From Oikopleura dioica (Eukaryota > Animalia > Chordata), in assembly GCA_907165135.1 (NCBI GenBank), contig OU015568.1:8990001-9054000 (forward strand): a stretch of 64,000 bases of DNA, given 5' to 3'. Made by a program: the position numbers and the translations under genes. The notes beneath the pieces were generated by a model. That model was not told the DNA's origin and made no database searches. It worked only from the letters and a program-made list of their open reading frames with translations. Positions within the stretch are counted from its first letter, which is position 1. Each line of letters opens with the position of its first letter. Shown here one piece after another: positions 60,608 to 64,000 of this stretch.

Positions 60608-62723
60608 ATGAGTACAGATTTCATCAGAGAAAACTTGAAGAAAAGAAAACAAAGATACGATGTTTGGCTGGAACTTATTGAAGAACTAAATGCTGCGCAG
60701 AATAGGGCTGATAAGTGAGTAAAAACGAATTCATATGCTAATAAATCGTAATTTCGGTTATTTTTTGTCACAAAAAGACCCCTAAACACAATTTTTAGAT
60801 TCGAAGAGGAGAAAACGCAACTAGAAAAAGTCCTAGCCGAAGAATCACGCTCATCCCCTCGCGAATCTGCAGTTTCTGGCGAATCTGACTCTGTTAGATC
60901 TGCGCGAATTTCCCATCTCGAGCAAAAATGCTTCAATCTCCAAGAAGAACTGACCGAGCTTCTCCGCTCGAAAGCGTCCACGGCCGAAGAATTGTCGCGA
61001 AAAAAAGACCTCGTTTCCGAACTCGACGATAAGCTCCGCCTTTTGCAAATTGAAAATGACGAGAAAAACATGAAACTTCAAAATTACCAAAACGGCGCGG
61101 AAAATAGCGAAGAAGCGATTCGCGAGCTAAAACGAAATCATCAAGTGCTTCTCGACGAACATGCAGCTTTGCAGCTTGCATATTCGCAACTGGAAAAACA
61201 GTGCGAAAATTTGAGAACTGAAAACGGTCATTTGACGAAAGAACTACTAAGGAACAGGGTCAAAATATCCAAAACACGGGAAAACGCAGCAATAACTATT
61301 TTACAAAAATAGTTATTTTTGTAAATTTACAAAAACAACCTGAAAACCGACTAATGACTATTCAATTTTTGACCCTAGAATCAGGGCGAGAGAGCAAATA
61401 GCCGAATACGCGAATGCAGAAGCAATAGCTGCCGCAAAATTGAAGGATTTGCAGAAAAAGATCGACGCAGAAAATCTGATCCGAGACGCGACTAAAGGAG
61501 TTCTACCGGATGCGAAAATAACGTACACCGCTAGGAGCTCTCCGCCGATCAAGAAGATCAATCAATTCGAAGCTAACAATGGAGAGGTCTTCGAGGTCAA
61601 GTTCAGTCCTGACGGGGCGCACTTGGCCACAGCTGGCGAAGACAAATGTGTCAATATTTACAACGTCAGAAATCCTGCTTCGAGAATCGAATCCCCTGTT
61701 CTCACACTAAAAGGTAGATTTCAAAAAATCAAATTGGACGAGAATTGATTTGAATAAATTCAGGTGCAAATGCTGCTATTACGAGTCTCAGTTTTTCAAA
61801 GAACAGAAGACACTTGTTGGGCTCGTCGAATGATCAAGCCGCGCGAGTTTGGGATCTGTCCTCGGGCAAGATTGTTCAGTCACTTACCGGCCATCAGGTT
61901 CGATTTTTATAGGGAAAGAAAAGAAATGATTTGTTATAAAAGAGGCCTCTGTAAAGTCGGTCTATCATCCTTTCCATTTTTTCTTTCAGGGACCTGTAAC
62001 TACAGCACGATATCTAACACAAAGCACGGCCGTGACAGGCTCACAAGATCGTACAGTTCGACTTTGGGATTTGACGAAAACCTCGTGCACAAAAACCCTC
62101 TGGCCTGGATCAAAGGTAGACCCGCCTGTTTTATTTGATCAATCTTCAATTAATGCTTATCCAGTGCATCGACGTCTGTAACGGTTCGATGGACGGTTCA
62201 CTCATCATGTCGGCGCATTACAACAAACAAATTCACGTGACGGACATTCGAGCTTCGGCAAAAGATGAAAAGCAAGTGATCAGTTTGTCTGGTCGACCGA
62301 CCGGTATTGCTGTTCCAGCGGATTTTGGTCAGTCGTTACTGGCATTGACGCGAAACAACGACTTGGCGGTCATTGATCTAAGACAGATGCAAGTGCGAAT
62401 AACACTCAGCGATCTTCAGAACGACTTCAGAGTTACTGCTGATTACTCAAGATGTTCTCTTTCGGTAATTTTCTAAATTTCTGCGATCAGCGAAAATAAC
62501 TTCTTCTTTGAACTAGATCTGACCTCTTTTCTTTTAGCCTTGTGGAGGACTAGCACTGGCAACAGGTCAGGATGGGCGAATCTCCTGCTGGGACGTAAAT
62601 ACAGGAAGACTACTCGACGGAGCAAATGCCGAATCCGCCGGAAATCTCATCTCATGCGACTGGAGTTCCCGCCTCGTTGCCACTGGTTCCAAATCAAAAA
62701 CTGTCGTACTTTGGTCCGATTAA
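60608..62723 (+). CDS. ATG16L1: Autophagy protein ATG16L1 (coiled coil plus WD40)
   Basis: N-terminal helix, ATG16 coiled coil (LQEELTELLRSK), then WD40 repeats (EVFEVKFSPDGAHLATAGEDK, LGSSNDQAARVWDL, SAHYNKQI), ending VVLWSD*. Confidence 0.82.
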
Positions 62724-62871
62724 AGTTCAAAAATTGAAAAAAAGAACATGTTACCCTAACTAAAATTTCACTGAAAAACTATTTTCAAATCAAAAAACTT
62801 TCTTCAAAAATTCACATTCATCATTCAAATTTAACCTCCATTTTGTTGATTAACATTGCATCTGATTTAGA

Positions 62872-63404
62872 ATGGTTATTCAAGCGAATGGAATCGATTA
62901 TCACGCTATTGAGATACAACTGGACAATACCATCTTTTCAAGTACAGTGTTTCTCTTGGATTTTTGGCTAAATGATGATTTCTAGAGGAAAAAATAGAGA
63001 ACACTCCATCGCGAGAAGACGGAATCGACGAAGAAACAGAAATTGATTTACGAAAAATCGGAGCGGAGTTGATTCAAAAAGCCGGGATTTACCTCGATTT
63101 ACCGCAAGTAGCAATCGCCTGCGCTCAAGTTATTTTCCAGCGATTCTACTTTACGAAAAGTTTGGTCACGTGTGATGTTTGCGTCGCGGCAAAAGCCTCC
63201 ATATGGCTCGCCTCGAAGATCGAAGAAGACGTCCGGCGGCCACGTGACGTGATAAACGTCTTCCATATGTTGGAGCAGCAGCGGCTTGGAAAACCCTGCA
63301 TCCCGATGGTCTTCGATCAAAAAGGCTTGAAAGTCTATCACGAGATCAAAAAAGACTTGATAAAAATGGAACACAAGATCCTTGCCGAAGACGATTTCAA
63401 ATAA
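62872..63404 (+). CDS. CCNL1: Cyclin L, N-terminal cyclin box only (3' part not visible)
   Basis: TPSREDGIDEETEIDLRKIGAELIQKAGIYLDLPQVAIACAQVIFQRFYF...WLASKIEEDVRRPRDVINVFH...LIKMEHKILAE. Similarity stops abruptly after ILAE. Confidence 0.85.
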
Positions 63405-63778
63405 CTCGTTCAAAAATTTTTTTTAACACACCCTTTTTTTGTGCTCATTTGAAAGAGCGTGAAAAACTGGTCCAGAAAATGCTGGTCTTATCATCGGTGA
63501 CGTCACGAGTGGCGCGCGGGCGCCCCCTAAAGGTCTAATTAGGTCAATTGCGGGCTACGCGATTTCTCCGGTCATGCATATCGCACATGCATGGTTAGCA
63601 TCTAGAATTGATCGTCGTGAGCAGGGCTACATGCCCCGGCCAAAATCGTCAAAATCGGACCACGTCTTCACCAGCTGGTTGACCGGCAAATATCTCAAAA
63701 TGACAAAATCACTTACTTTTGATAAAGGCAACCTACCGATGGAAGTAGGGGGTGGCCCCGGACTCGAGCCCGAGTTAC

Positions 63779-63981
63779 TGCCGTATTCGGCCACTTAGTG
63801 CCGGAGGACCTCCCGGAGGACTCCTCTGCTGGAAGAAAAGCTGCTGGAAGACTTATATTGAAAAATATAAATACAAATAAAATTTAAAGCCATGATTGGC
63901 TAGTAATTGCCGTATTCAGCCACTAAGTGCCGGAGGACCTCCCGGAGGACCTCTCTGCTGGAAGAAAAGCTGCTGGAAGAC
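63779..63981. repeat. Two ~74-bp GC-rich direct repeats with a 129-bp period
   Basis: TGCCGTATTC(G/A)GCCACT(T/A)AGTGCCGGAGGACCTCCCGGAGGAC...CTGCTGGAAGAAAAGCTGCTGGAAGAC at 63779-63852 and 63908-63981. Confidence 0.85.
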
Positions 63982-64000
63982 CAATTTTTAAAAATAAAAA

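Noticed and set aside
63740-63780. GGTGGCCCCGGACTCGAGCCCG as an antisense tRNA or SINE B-box
   Set aside because: No A-box or cloverleaf can be built.

Overview
Compact, intron-rich eukaryotic nuclear DNA. Short introns, very short intergenic gaps, unpaired AG acceptors just before start codons and several GA/GG/GC splice donors suggest the larvacean tunicate Oikopleura (inference; no database check was possible). Recognisable genes: RAD17, an RRM protein, glutamine synthetase, CREG, NCS-1, UBR4, a PWI-domain SRRM1-like protein, ANKLE2, POLR2H, RBM24/38, a bacterial-looking arylsulfatase, a ropporin-like microprotein, SLC34, eIF3L, a minimal and divergent TERT, glycogen synthase, GOLGA5, ATG16L1 and the 5' part of cyclin L. 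There are also two tRNA genes and three intact non-autonomous DNA transposons. The top lead is a 1746-bp hAT-like element (15-bp TIRs, 8-bp TSD) inserted inside a UBR4 coding exon. Its ends provide splice sites that would restore the frame, either exactly (GG-AG) or with a 21-nt in-frame scar (GT-AG) that is independent of orientation and phase, i.e. a candidate intron-generating transposon. Several single-base frame breaks near homopolymer runs are most simply assembly errors.
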